The position numbers and the translations under genes are program-made. Below are positions 9,570 through 18,511 of a stretch of 64,000 bases of DNA, piece by piece (the first letter of the stretch is position 1; every line of letters starts with the position of its first letter). Location of the stretch: positions 224,001 to 288,000 of the forward strand of contig CAVXGR010000005.1 in NCBI GenBank assembly GCA_963761335.1. The letters are read 5' to 3'. The DNA is from an uncultured delta proteobacterium. GTDB taxonomy: Bacteria; Desulfobacterota; Binatia; HRBIN30; BPIQ01. A model generated the notes under the pieces. The model was not told the DNA's origin. It saw only the letters and a list, made by a program, of their open reading frames with translations, and did not search any database.

Positions 9570-12395
9570 ATGGGGAGTGTCGAGACGATTGCCCGCAGCG
9601 GGAGCGTGCACCTGCTGGTGGTGCCGCACACCCACTGGGATCGCGAGTGGTACCAGCCCTTCCAGGAGTTTCGCCGCCGCCTGGTGCGTCTCGTCGATCG
9701 CCTGCTGGACACCCTCGATGCCGATCCCGAGTTCTCGCACTTCCATCTCGATGGCCAGACGATCGTCCTCGAGGACTATCTGGAGATTCGCCCGGAGCGC
9801 GGCGCGCAGCTCCGCCGGCTGATCCGCTCCGGCCGTATCGCCGTCGGCCCGTGGTACGTGCTCCCCGACGAGTTCCTGGTCAGCGGCGAGTCGATCATCC
9901 GCAACCTGCGCATCGGCCAGCGCACCGCCGCCGCCTTTGGTGCCGACGCCGCGGTCGGCTATCTCCCGGATCAGTTCGGGCACATCGCTCAGATGCCGCA
10001 GATCCTCGCCGGCTTCGGGCTGTCGTCGGCGGTGGTCTGGCGCGGAGTCGGCGCCGACGTGCGGAGAACCGAGTTCGCCTGGCAGGCGCCGGACGGCACC
10101 GAGGCGTTCACCGTCTACATGCCTTCGGGGTACTCCCTGGGCCGCGCCCTGCCGCTCGAGCCGGCGGCGCTGCGGAAGCGGCTGGCCGCCCTGGTCGGCG
10201 AGATCGAGCCCTTCCGGCAGATTTCCTCGGTGCTGATCATGAACGGCACCGACCATCAGGAGGCGCAGGCCGGGCTGCCGGCGGCGCTGCGCGCCGCGCT
10301 CGCTCCCGTGGAGGGAGTCAGCGCCGAGATCGCTTCCCTGTCCGCGTACGTTGCCCGTGCCCGCCGCGAGGCGGGGGAATCGCCGGTGCGCCACGCCGGC
10401 GAGCTGCGCAGCCCGCTGCGCGCCCATCTTCTCCCGGGAGTCACCTCGGTGCGGGTGCGGCAGAAGCAACGCGACTTCGCCAACCTCAGCCGCCTCGAAC
10501 GCTACGCCGAGCCGCTGGCGACCTGGGCCGACGCCCTTGCCGGCCGCCGCGATCTGACGGCCTTCACCGAGCACGCCTGGAAGCTCTCGGTGCAGAACCA
10601 TCCGCACGACTCCATCTGTGGCTGCTCCGTCGATCAGGTCCACCGCGACATGGAATTCCGCTTCGATCAGGTGGACCTGATCCTGCGTCAGGTACAGCGG
10701 CAGGCCTTCGCGGCCATCGCGGCGTGCGTCGATACCACCGCCGCCGCCGAGACGGCGCTGCTCGTCTACAATCCGAACCCGGCCGGCCGCGCTCTCCTCG
10801 ACGTCGAGGTTCCTCTCGACCTCTCCGGCGGCGTTTCGCTGCACACTCTCGCCGGCGAGGGCATCGTTGCGCAGGTGGAGCAGGGATCGGGCGCGTTGCT
10901 GCTCGACGTCGAGCTGCCACCGGCGGCGCTGCGCGGCGAGATCGAGGGGCTGCAGTCGCGCGAGTTCCTGGGTTTCTTCCTGAACGGCATTCGCTTCGAT
11001 CGGGCCGATGGCCGGCTGAAGGTGCAGATCGTCGCTGACCTGGTGCCGCGCGGTAGCTTCGACGTCATGGCGGCGCGGGGGCGTTGGCTCGAGCTGCTCG
11101 ACGATGCGTCGCTCGAGCTGGTCCACGTCCACGCCCGCACCGCCACCCCGGCGCGTCTGATCGCCGCCGCGCCGCTCAACGGACACGGCCTGACCCTGCT
11201 CTCGCTGCGACACCATGCATCGGCCGAGACGCCTCCGAGTCCCTTCGCGGTCGGCGTGGGCTCGATCGAGAATCGCTGGTACCGCGTCGCCGTGGGCGAC
11301 GACGGCTCGCTGTCCATCGCCGACAAGGAGCTGGGCCTCGAGCTCGGGCGCTGCAACTGGTTCATCGACGAGCCCGACCGCGGCGACGAGTACAACTTCG
11401 ATCCGCCGGCGCCGGTGCGCTCGGTGAGCGCCCCGATCTCGTCGCCGTCGATCAGCGTGGAGAGCGGGCCGGCCGTGGCGCGCCTGTGCCTGCGGATGAC
11501 CTATCGGATTCCCCGCCGTCTGGATGCCGACCGCGAAACGCCCTCGACGGAGATCGCCGAGGTGCCGATCCGCTCGACGGTATCTCTGTATGCGGGCGTG
11601 AAGCGCATCGACTTCGTGACCGAGGTCGACAACGGCGCCGCCGACCATCGCCTGCGGGTGCACTTCGAGACGCCGCTGCAGGCGCCGGCGGTACGCGTCG
11701 AGCAGGCCTTCTGCACCGTCGAGCGCCCGCTCGAGCTGGAGGCGGGCGGGGAGATCGAGCAGCCGATCGGCACCACGCCGCAGAAGACGTTCTGCGCCAT
11801 CGGCGACGGGCGACTGGGCGTGGCCCTCTTCAACCGCGGCATCCCGGAGATCGAGGCGCGCCGATCGAACGGCGGGACCGAGCTGGCCATGACCCTGGTG
11901 CGCGCCGTGGGCTGGCTGTCGCGCGGCGACCTGCGCCTGCGCAAGGGCCATGCGGGACCGGCGATGGAGACGCCGGAGGCGCAGTCGCCGGGGCCGCACC
12001 GCTTCGAGTACGCGCTCACCACCTTCGCGGGCGATTTCGAGGCGGCGAACATCGTCGCCGAGGCGCACCGCTTCGCGTATCCGCCGCAGGCAGTCGCCGC
12101 CGAGCGGCACGAGGGGCATCTGCCGGCGGACGCCGCCCTGATGCGCTGCGACAACCCCGCGGTGGTGATCTCGGCACTGGAGCCGGGCCGCTCCCCGGAG
12201 AGGTATCGCGTGCGCGTGTACAACTCCTCGGCGGCGTCGCAGTCGGTGTGCCTCGGCTTTCCCGGAGCCCGGCGGGTGCGCTCCGTGAACCTGGCCGGGC
12301 AGCCGGCGGCCAGCGGCCTGCGTTGCGGCGGCGATACGGCACGCGGCAGCCTGCGCCCCTTCCAGATCGCCACGCTGGAGATCACCCGCGCATGA
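9570..12395 (+). CDS. Glycoside hydrolase family 38 alpha-mannosidase (MngB-like)
   Basis: HTHWDREWY, LDGQT, GPWYVLPDEFLVSGES, YLPDQFGH, NHPHDSICGCSVDQVH. Confidence 0.95.
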   Translation: MGSVETIARSGSVHLLVVPHTHWDREWYQPFQEFRRRLVRLVDRLLDTLDADPEFSHFHLDGQTIVLEDYLEIRPERGAQLRRLIRSGRIAVGPWYVLPDEFLVSGESIIRNLRIGQRTAAAFGADAAVGYLPDQFGHIAQMPQILAGFGLSSAVVWRGVGADVRRTEFAWQAPDGTEAFTVYMPSGYSLGRALPLEPAALRKRLAALVGEIEPFRQISSVLIMNGTDHQEAQAGLPAALRAALAPVEGVSAEIASLSAYVARARREAGESPVRHAGELRSPLRAHLLPGVTSVRVRQKQRDFANLSRLERYAEPLATWADALAGRRDLTAFTEHAWKLSVQNHPHDSICGCSVDQVHRDMEFRFDQVDLILRQVQRQAFAAIAACVDTTAAAETALLVYNPNPAGRALLDVEVPLDLSGGVSLHTLAGEGIVAQVEQGSGALLLDVELPPAALRGEIEGLQSREFLGFFLNGIRFDRADGRLKVQIVADLVPRGSFDVMAARGRWLELLDDASLELVHVHARTATPARLIAAAPLNGHGLTLLSLRHHASAETPPSPFAVGVGSIENRWYRVAVGDDGSLSIADKELGLELGRCNWFIDEPDRGDEYNFDPPAPVRSVSAPISSPSISVESGPAVARLCLRMTYRIPRRLDADRETPSTEIAEVPIRSTVSLYAGVKRIDFVTEVDNGAADHRLRVHFETPLQAPAVRVEQAFCTVERPLELEAGGEIEQPIGTTPQKTFCAIGDGRLGVALFNRGIPEIEARRSNGGTELAMTLVRAVGWLSRGDLRLRKGHAGPAMETPEAQSPGPHRFEYALTTFAGDFEAANIVAEAHRFAYPPQAVAAERHEGHLPADAALMRCDNPAVVISALEPGRSPERYRVRVYNSSAASQSVCLGFPGARRVRSVNLAGQPAASGLRCGGDTARGSLRPFQIATLEITRA

Positions 12396-12429
12396 CGCAC
12401 GGATTCCTTTGCCGCGGCGGTGCAACTCA

Positions 12430-13950
12430 ATGAGCGGCCCCCGGCTGGCCGATCTGCTCGCCGACGTCGAGGTTCTCGAGCGGCGCGGCTCCGTCGACAT
12501 TCACATCGGCCACATTCGCTCCGATTCGCGGCTGGTCGAGCCGGGCGACCTCTTCGTCTGTCTGCCCGGCTACCGCACCGAGGGCGGCGAGAAGCGCGCC
12601 GATCGCCACCTGTTCGTCCCCGAAGCGCTGCGGCGCTGCGCCGCCGCCCTGGTGGTGGAGCGAGAGCCCGACACGAAGCTGCCGGCGCATCTGCCGGTGG
12701 TGCGGGTGCGCGACTGCTGGGCGGCGATCGCGGCGCTCTCGTGCGGGTTCTACGGCCAGCCCTCGCGACAGCTGCGGATGGTCGGTGTCACCGGCACCAG
12801 CGGCAAGACCTCGACCACCTACTTCATCGATTCGGTTCTGTCCGCAGCGGGCCTGCCCGCGGCGCGCCTGGGCACGATCGAGTACAAGCTCGGCAGTGTG
12901 CGTCTGCCGGCGTCGCAGACGACACCCGAAGCTCCCGAGATGCAGCAGCTGCTGCGCCGCGCGCTCGACGAGGGCGCCGCCGCAGTGGTGATGGAGGTTT
13001 CGTCGCATGCGCTCGAGCTGCGGCGCGTGCAGGGCATCGCCTACGACGTCGCGGTATTCACCAATCTCAGCCAGGACCACCTGAACTTCCACCCCGACAT
13101 GCACAGCTATCTGCGCGCCAAGGGGCGCCTCTTCGAGGAGCTCGGCAGCGGCGGCAAGGACGCCGTGGCGGTGGTGAACCGCGACGATCCGGCGAGCGAG
13201 TACATCGAGAAGGTCAATCGCGGGCGGCTGCTGACTTACGGAATCAGCCCTCGGGCGGACGTGCGGGCGGAGGACGTCTCCATCGGCCAGGGCGGCAGCC
13301 GTTTCCGGGCGCGCACCCCCGCCGGCGACGTCGACGTCTCGCTGGCGCATCTCGGCGAGTACAGCGTCCACAACGCGCTGGCGGCGGCGGCGACGGGAGT
13401 GGCACTGGGCCTGCCGCTGGACGAGATCGCCCGCGGCATCGACGCCGCTCCGCAGGTTCCCGGGCGTTTCGAGCTGATCGATTGCGGCCAGCGGTTTGCG
13501 GTGATCGTCGACTACGCCCACAAGCCCGACGCCTTGGAGCGCGTCATCCGCAGCGTGCGCGGCCTGCGGCCGCGGCGGGTGATCACGGTTTTCGGCTGCG
13601 GCGGCGACCGCGACCGCGGCAAGCGTCCGATCATGGGCGCGATCGCGGCGCGCCTGAGCGACGTCGCCGTGGTGACCTCCGACAACCCGCGCAGCGAGAG
13701 CCCGGAGGCGATCATCGAGGAGATCTGCGGCGGAATTCCGGCAGACTCCGCGGCCGAGGTGGTCGTCGAGCCGGACCGCGCTCGGGCCATCGACACCGCC
13801 ATGCGCCTGGCGCGGGCGGAGGATGCGGTGATCATCGCTGGCAAGGGCCACGAGAACTACCAGCTGCTCGGCGACCGCCGCATCCACTTCGACGACCGCG
13901 AGATGGCGCGCCAGGCGCTGGCGCGCCGCACCGACCCACCGAGCCACTGA
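12430..13950 (+). CDS. murE: UDP-MurNAc-L-Ala-D-Glu:meso-DAP ligase
   Basis: GVTGTSGKTST, TTPE, MEVSSHAL, FTNLSQDHLNFH, DYAH, GCGGDRD, DNPR (DAP specificity), GKGHE. Confidence 0.95.
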   Translation: MSGPRLADLLADVEVLERRGSVDIHIGHIRSDSRLVEPGDLFVCLPGYRTEGGEKRADRHLFVPEALRRCAAALVVEREPDTKLPAHLPVVRVRDCWAAIAALSCGFYGQPSRQLRMVGVTGTSGKTSTTYFIDSVLSAAGLPAARLGTIEYKLGSVRLPASQTTPEAPEMQQLLRRALDEGAAAVVMEVSSHALELRRVQGIAYDVAVFTNLSQDHLNFHPDMHSYLRAKGRLFEELGSGGKDAVAVVNRDDPASEYIEKVNRGRLLTYGISPRADVRAEDVSIGQGGSRFRARTPAGDVDVSLAHLGEYSVHNALAAAATGVALGLPLDEIARGIDAAPQVPGRFELIDCGQRFAVIVDYAHKPDALERVIRSVRGLRPRRVITVFGCGGDRDRGKRPIMGAIAARLSDVAVVTSDNPRSESPEAIIEEICGGIPADSAAEVVVEPDRARAIDTAMRLARAEDAVIIAGKGHENYQLLGDRRIHFDDREMARQALARRTDPPSH

Positions 13951-14013
13951 GCCACCGGGCCACTGTTTCCGCCCTCGCGAAACTCCCCGGGGTGGGTTAC
14001 GCTGAGGCGACGC

Positions 14014-14763
14014 ATGCGAAGGCTGATCGCCATCGTCTTTGTCCTGGTCACCGCGACTCCCGCTCTGGCAAGCCCGGTGGCCACCGGTCGATTGGACTAC
14101 ACGCTGTCGTGGAACGGCATCCCCGCCGCCAACGCCACCGTGGATGTCTGGCGAACTCGCCACGACGGCAAGGAGGAGTACCGCGTCGAGGCCACGGCGC
14201 GCACCAACCGCATCGTCGATCTGTTGTGGAGCCTGCGCGCCTATGCCGGCTCGCGCTTCACCAACAGCGCGCCCACACCGCTGTGGTTTCGCTTCGACCG
14301 CTACGTGAACGACGAGCGCAGCGTCACCGAGATCGCCTTCGATTCCTCGTCGCCGCATGCCGTCGGCACCCTGGTCCGACCACGGGGCTCGAAGGTGATG
14401 GACGTCGACGACCCGGGAGTGCTCGACCCGATCACGGCCATCTTCCATGCGCTCTCGCAACCGGTGAGCGTCGGCGATGACCTGCAGTACGAGCTGTTCA
14501 CCGGGGAAGCCCTGTATCGCGTCAAGCTGCACATCGAGGACGAGGAGCTCCTGGACATTGCCGGCGCGACCCTGCCGACGTGGCGGGTGACGCCGCAGCT
14601 GTGGAAGATCGGCACAGGTGTCGACAAGCGCCTCCGCGACGCCACCATCTGGGTCTCGCAGGCGCCCGTGCGCACGGTGCTGCGCATTCGCAGCGACGTC
14701 TTCATCGGCGCCGTGTACTGCGACCTGCAACGTCTCCCGGCGGCTGCGCCGCCGTCGGGTTGA
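14014..14763 (+). CDS. DUF3108-like exported protein
   Basis: Signal peptide, YTLSWNGIPAA, LDPITA, C-terminal IWVS...LRIRSDVFIGAV pattern. Confidence 0.7.
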   Translation: MRRLIAIVFVLVTATPALASPVATGRLDYTLSWNGIPAANATVDVWRTRHDGKEEYRVEATARTNRIVDLLWSLRAYAGSRFTNSAPTPLWFRFDRYVNDERSVTEIAFDSSSPHAVGTLVRPRGSKVMDVDDPGVLDPITAIFHALSQPVSVGDDLQYELFTGEALYRVKLHIEDEELLDIAGATLPTWRVTPQLWKIGTGVDKRLRDATIWVSQAPVRTVLRIRSDVFIGAVYCDLQRLPAAAPPSG

Positions 14764-14767
14764 GAGG

Positions 14768-14879
14768 CCCTCTCAAAACCTGGGCAAGACGATTCCGCCG
14801 GCCCGCGGGCCGAGTCGAAGCGGCGTCTCGCCGCTTCGGAAAGCGCCGGGACGGCGCTTCTACTTTGGTGTTGAGACAG
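14768..14879. mobile_element. About 110-bp MITE-like element carrying a REP-like hairpin pair, family B copy 1
   Basis: Ends ..tctcaa / ttgagacag; internal gaagcggcgtctcgccgcttc and gcgccgggacggcgcttctac; near-identical to 18326-18436. Confidence 0.75.
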
Positions 14880-15076
14880 CCTCTTGCGCGGGGGGGGACA
14901 GCGGATCCGCTCTGCGGACCTCGCCTTCCCTTCGCGGCTGTCATGTCCCGTCCCTCCCGCGGTGAAAATTGTACAGGGATGCGGCGACGGGGACCCCTGA
15001 GGACGCTTTTCTCTGGCAATACGATCGATATGCGGAGCAGAATGCCGATGGTTGGGCCGTTGCTATTGCGTGCAGA

Positions 15077-15490
15077 ATGTATTGTCAGCGACTCTTCGTC
15101 GCCGTTGTGGTGTCGATGTTGGTTGGCGTCCTGCCGGTGCAGGCGCGACGCCTGAATGTATCGACGCAAATTGTCACTTCCGATGCCGTCGGCGGCTATG
15201 ACGCCGCGGCTCTTCCCTTCGATCCGATGACCTTCGAGAGCCCCCATTCGGGATGGGGCGAGCTCGGTAAGACCCGGTGGTGGGCCATCCTCGTCGCCCA
15301 GGTCGTGGTCCGCTTGGGGATCGTCGGCACGGAGTATTCCCCCCGGCTGGTCGAGCTCACCGAGGGACTCATGCACCACCCCGAGCTCGACTGGCAGATG
15401 CGCCTCGGTCGAGCGCAGAAGACCCGGCTGAACTTCCAGCTGAAGGCGGCCCATGGCGGCCCGAGGGCGGGGGTGTTGTTCAGATGGTAG
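15077..15490 (+). CDS. Hypothetical exported protein
   Basis: Signal peptide (..PVQA-RR); ends in a beta-signal-like GVLFRW. Confidence 0.55.
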   Translation: MYCQRLFVAVVVSMLVGVLPVQARRLNVSTQIVTSDAVGGYDAAALPFDPMTFESPHSGWGELGKTRWWAILVAQVVVRLGIVGTEYSPRLVELTEGLMHHPELDWQMRLGRAQKTRLNFQLKAAHGGPRAGVLFRW

Positions 15491-15499
15491 GGCGGCTCA

Positions 15500-15618
15500 G
15501 CATCTCAGTATCTCGGTGCCTCAGTGTCTCGGTACATTCGGTGGCCTCATTGAGCCACCGAGACACCGGGTTACCGAGCCACCGGGTCACCGGGTCACTG
15601 AGACACCGGTTGACCGGC
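15500..15618. repeat. Degenerate 8-mer repeats in inverted arrangement between convergent genes
   Basis: tctcagta/tctcggtg/cctcagtg.. followed by tgagccac/cgagacac/cgggtcac.. Confidence 0.7.
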
Positions 15619-16071
15619 TTGCAGATGCCGCAGCGTTTCGATCGCTTCGTCGATATGGACGTCGATGCCGAGCTCGCTCTGGATGACGTGCTGGATGACG
15701 CCGTTCTTGTCGATGACGAAGGTGACGCGCTTGGTGGGCAGCCAGCCGCCGAGGCGCTGGACGCCGTAGGCGGTGGCGATGCGGCCGTCGCGATCGCTCA
15801 CCAGCGGGTAGGGCAGCTGGTACTTCTCGGCGAAGGCCCCGTGTTTCTCCGCGGTATCGAGGCTCACGCCGATGATCTCGCCGTCGAGCGCGGCGATCTC
15901 GGCGCGGCGGTCGCGGAAGCTGCACGCCTCCTTGGTGCAGCCGGGGGTGAAGTCCTTCGGAAAGAAGTAGAGGATCACGTGGCGCCGGCCGCGGTAATCG
16001 CTCAGCTTGAGCTGGCGGCCGCCGGCGAGAGTTCCCGTGAAGTCGGGTGCGGCATCAGTCTTTGAGAGCAT
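15595..16071 (-). CDS. bcp: Peroxiredoxin, BCP/PrxQ family
   Basis: YFFPKDFTPGCTKEACSFRD, RVTFVIDKNG. Confidence 0.93.
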   Translation of the reverse strand: MLSKTDAAPDFTGTLAGGRQLKLSDYRGRRHVILYFFPKDFTPGCTKEACSFRDRRAEIAALDGEIIGVSLDTAEKHGAFAEKYQLPYPLVSDRDGRIATAYGVQRLGGWLPTKRVTFVIDKNGVIQHVIQSELGIDVHIDEAIETLRHLQAGQPVSQ

Positions 16072-16822
16072 CTCTGGCATCCAGCAGGCTCGAGAGTGAG
16101 GTCTTCAGATATCCCGAAGGGGGTGCGAACTCCGAATCTTCGATGTCGGCGCGCGACACGCGCACCACTTCCTGGCCGATGACCGACTGGCCGAGATAGG
16201 CCTGCATGCGCATCGGAAAGCCGCGATCGTAGAGCTTGCGGTACTCCGGGTCGGCGCGCATGGCGGCGTACATGGCCCCGGTCTTTCCGGGAAGGGTGTT
16301 GGCCACCCTTGCCAGGTACTCGTTCAGGGCGCGCATGTCGAGGTCTGTCCCCAGGTTCAACCCCGGCGCAATCCAGATCTGCTGCAGGACGTCATCCCCG
16401 GAGAGGACCTCGTACTTGGTCGTCTTGTAGCTGCCGATGGTGTCGGTGATCTCCGTCGGCTTCACCTTGATCGGTTCGGTGGGCATGGTCGAGTGCGGCC
16501 GGTCCGGGAGCCTGCGCTTGTTCGGCTCGATGGCGGCGAGGTCGCGGAGATACTGGCCCGCGGTGCCGCTCCAGAAGAGGCTGCGCGCCGGAACCAGCAG
16601 CGTGTAGCGATCGTTCTTGTAATCGATGATGGCCACCGTCTTGCCGCTGGTCTGCCGCACCCGGTCCTTGGAAATGCGCAGGGTGGCGGTCGTCTCGTAG
16701 ATCGTGTCCCCGTTCGGCCGCCGGTTGTAGCTCTTCTGCTCGATCTCCCAGCCGGCGCGGGCGGAAGCGGAGACCAGGAGAAACGAGGAAAGGAGCAGGG
16801 CGATCGTGGCTGTGCGCGTCAT
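16055..16822 (-). CDS. DUF4412-like exported protein
   Basis: Signal peptide; TDTIGSYKTTKY, IWIAPGL, GFPMR, FAPPSGY. Confidence 0.7.
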   Translation of the reverse strand: MTRTATIALLLSSFLLVSASARAGWEIEQKSYNRRPNGDTIYETTATLRISKDRVRQTSGKTVAIIDYKNDRYTLLVPARSLFWSGTAGQYLRDLAAIEPNKRRLPDRPHSTMPTEPIKVKPTEITDTIGSYKTTKYEVLSGDDVLQQIWIAPGLNLGTDLDMRALNEYLARVANTLPGKTGAMYAAMRADPEYRKLYDRGFPMRMQAYLGQSVIGQEVVRVSRADIEDSEFAPPSGYLKTSLSSLLDARDALKD

Positions 16823-16953
16823 GATCGCCGGAGTGTAAGAAGCTCATGGGGGCAAGTCAATTTATGGGAGCGCGGCCATCCGGGCCGCATCTCTTCGTTC
16901 GCCCCTCCTGCACGCCGCTTGATTCCCCCCGACCCGGGCGATAGCCAGGATCC

Positions 16954-18018
16954 ATGCAGGTCGGCGCAGCCGTCATCTTTCAGAACCTCGGACGCCCGCG
17001 GAGCGATCGCAGCGTCTATGCGGACGAGCTTCGCCTCGCGGATCTGATCGAGCCGCTCGGTTTCGACTCGCTTTGGAGCGTCGAGCACCATTTCACCGAC
17101 TACACCATGGTGCCGGACGTCACCCAGCTTCTCGCCTACATGGCGGGGCGCACGCGGCGCGTGTCGCTCGGCACCATGGTGGTGGTCCTGCCGTGGCACG
17201 ACCCAGTGCGTGTCGCCGAGGAGATCTCGATGCTCGACATCCTCGCCGACGGGCGCCTCATCCTCGGCATCGGCCGCGGCGCCGGGCGCGTCGAGTTCGA
17301 GGGGCTGCGCGTGCCTCAGTCCGAGTCGCGCGGCCGTTTCGTCGAGGCGGCGGAGCTGCTGCTCGGCGCCCTCGAGGAGGGGCGGACCGAGTTCTCCGGC
17401 ACCCACTACCGCGTGCCGCCGCGCGACATCCGCCCGGCACCCTTCAAGTCCTTCCGCGGCCGCACCTACGGCGCCATGGTCAGCCCGGAGACGGCGGAGA
17501 TCCTGGCGCGTCTCGGGGTAGGCATGCTGATCATCCCGCAGAAGGCGTGGGAGGACATTGCCGCCGATCTCGCCCACTATACCCGCGCCTGCGCCGAGCA
17601 CGGGCGCCAGCCGCTGCCGCCGGTGGCGGCCTGCTGGGTGTACTGCGCCGCCAGCGAGCGCCGGGCCGAGGCGGGGGCGCGCCAATGGATCGGCAACTAC
17701 TGGAAGTCGGCGCTGGCGCATTACGAGATCGGCGGCCAGCATTTCAAAGGGCTCAAAGGCTACGAGTACTACGGCAAGCTGACGGAGATGATGGAGTCGG
17801 CCGGTCCCGGCGTGCACGATCTCATCACCGAAGCGTTCGTCGCCACGCAGGTGTGGGGCACGCCAGAGCAATGCCTGGAGAAGATCTCCGACATCGCCGC
17901 CCGCGTCGCCAACGATCACTTCGTCGGCGTCTTCAGCTACGGCGGTATGCCCTACAACGCGGCGGAGAAGAGCATGCGGCTCTTCGCGTCCGAGGTTGTC
18001 CCGAAGCTGCGCGGGTGA
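16954..18018 (+). CDS. LLM-class (luciferase-like) flavin-dependent oxidoreductase
   Basis: GFDSLWSVEHHF, PVRVAEEISMLD, GRLILGIGRG, GTPEQC, MRLFASEVVP. Confidence 0.93.
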   Translation: MQVGAAVIFQNLGRPRSDRSVYADELRLADLIEPLGFDSLWSVEHHFTDYTMVPDVTQLLAYMAGRTRRVSLGTMVVVLPWHDPVRVAEEISMLDILADGRLILGIGRGAGRVEFEGLRVPQSESRGRFVEAAELLLGALEEGRTEFSGTHYRVPPRDIRPAPFKSFRGRTYGAMVSPETAEILARLGVGMLIIPQKAWEDIAADLAHYTRACAEHGRQPLPPVAACWVYCAASERRAEAGARQWIGNYWKSALAHYEIGGQHFKGLKGYEYYGKLTEMMESAGPGVHDLITEAFVATQVWGTPEQCLEKISDIAARVANDHFVGVFSYGGMPYNAAEKSMRLFASEVVPKLRG

Positions 18019-18019
18019 A

Positions 18020-18510
18020 GTGGCTCGGTGGCTCGGTTATCGGGTTGTCGGGTTATCGAGTTTTGGTGATGGTAGCCGGTGGGTTTCAACCCGCGGCTGT
18101 GGCGTTTGGGCGCCTGCGCCCCTGACGGGGCGCGTGCAGAAGCCTGCCAATTTCCCCGGGTTTCACCCGGGGCTACACGCCTGCGCCCCCTTCGGGGGCG
18201 GCATCCGAATCGGCCTCGCCTGCGCCCCCTTCGGGGCGGCATCCGAATCGGCCTCGCCTGCGCCCCGGGGGCGGCATCCGAAGCGGCCGATGGGCGTCCA
18301 ACCTCGTCGCCGGGGGTTGAACAGTCTGTCTCAAGACCTCGGCAAAACGATTCCGCAAGCCCGCGAACCAAGTAGAAGCGGCGTCTCGCCGCTTCGGAAA
18401 GCGCCGGGACGGCGCTTCTACCTCGGTTTGAGACAGCTTCTGAGACCCCCGGCTACCATCAACAGACCCGCCAACCCGCCAACCCGATAACCGAGCCACC
18501 GAGCCACCGG
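18020..18510. repeat. Composite repeat cluster: 8-mer flanks, GTAG-type REP hairpins, 3x about 38-bp tandem unit and family B element
   Basis: gtggctcg/accgagcc 8-mer flanks; ccccgggtttcacccggggctac; cgcctgcgcccccttcgggggcggcatccgaatcggcct x3 (18178-18288); ctgtctcaa..ttgagacag (18326-18436). Confidence 0.8.
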
Positions 18511-18511
18511 C

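Noticed and set aside
8154..12500. 1448-aa minus-strand ORF, and similar giant ORFs such as 42517-45885 and 33645-36719
   Set aside because: High-GC shadow or alternate frames over well-supported genes, with no recognisable motifs.
18178..18288. Possible mini-CRISPR (3 x about 38 bp)
   Set aside because: Direct tandem repeats without spacers, inside a REP cluster.
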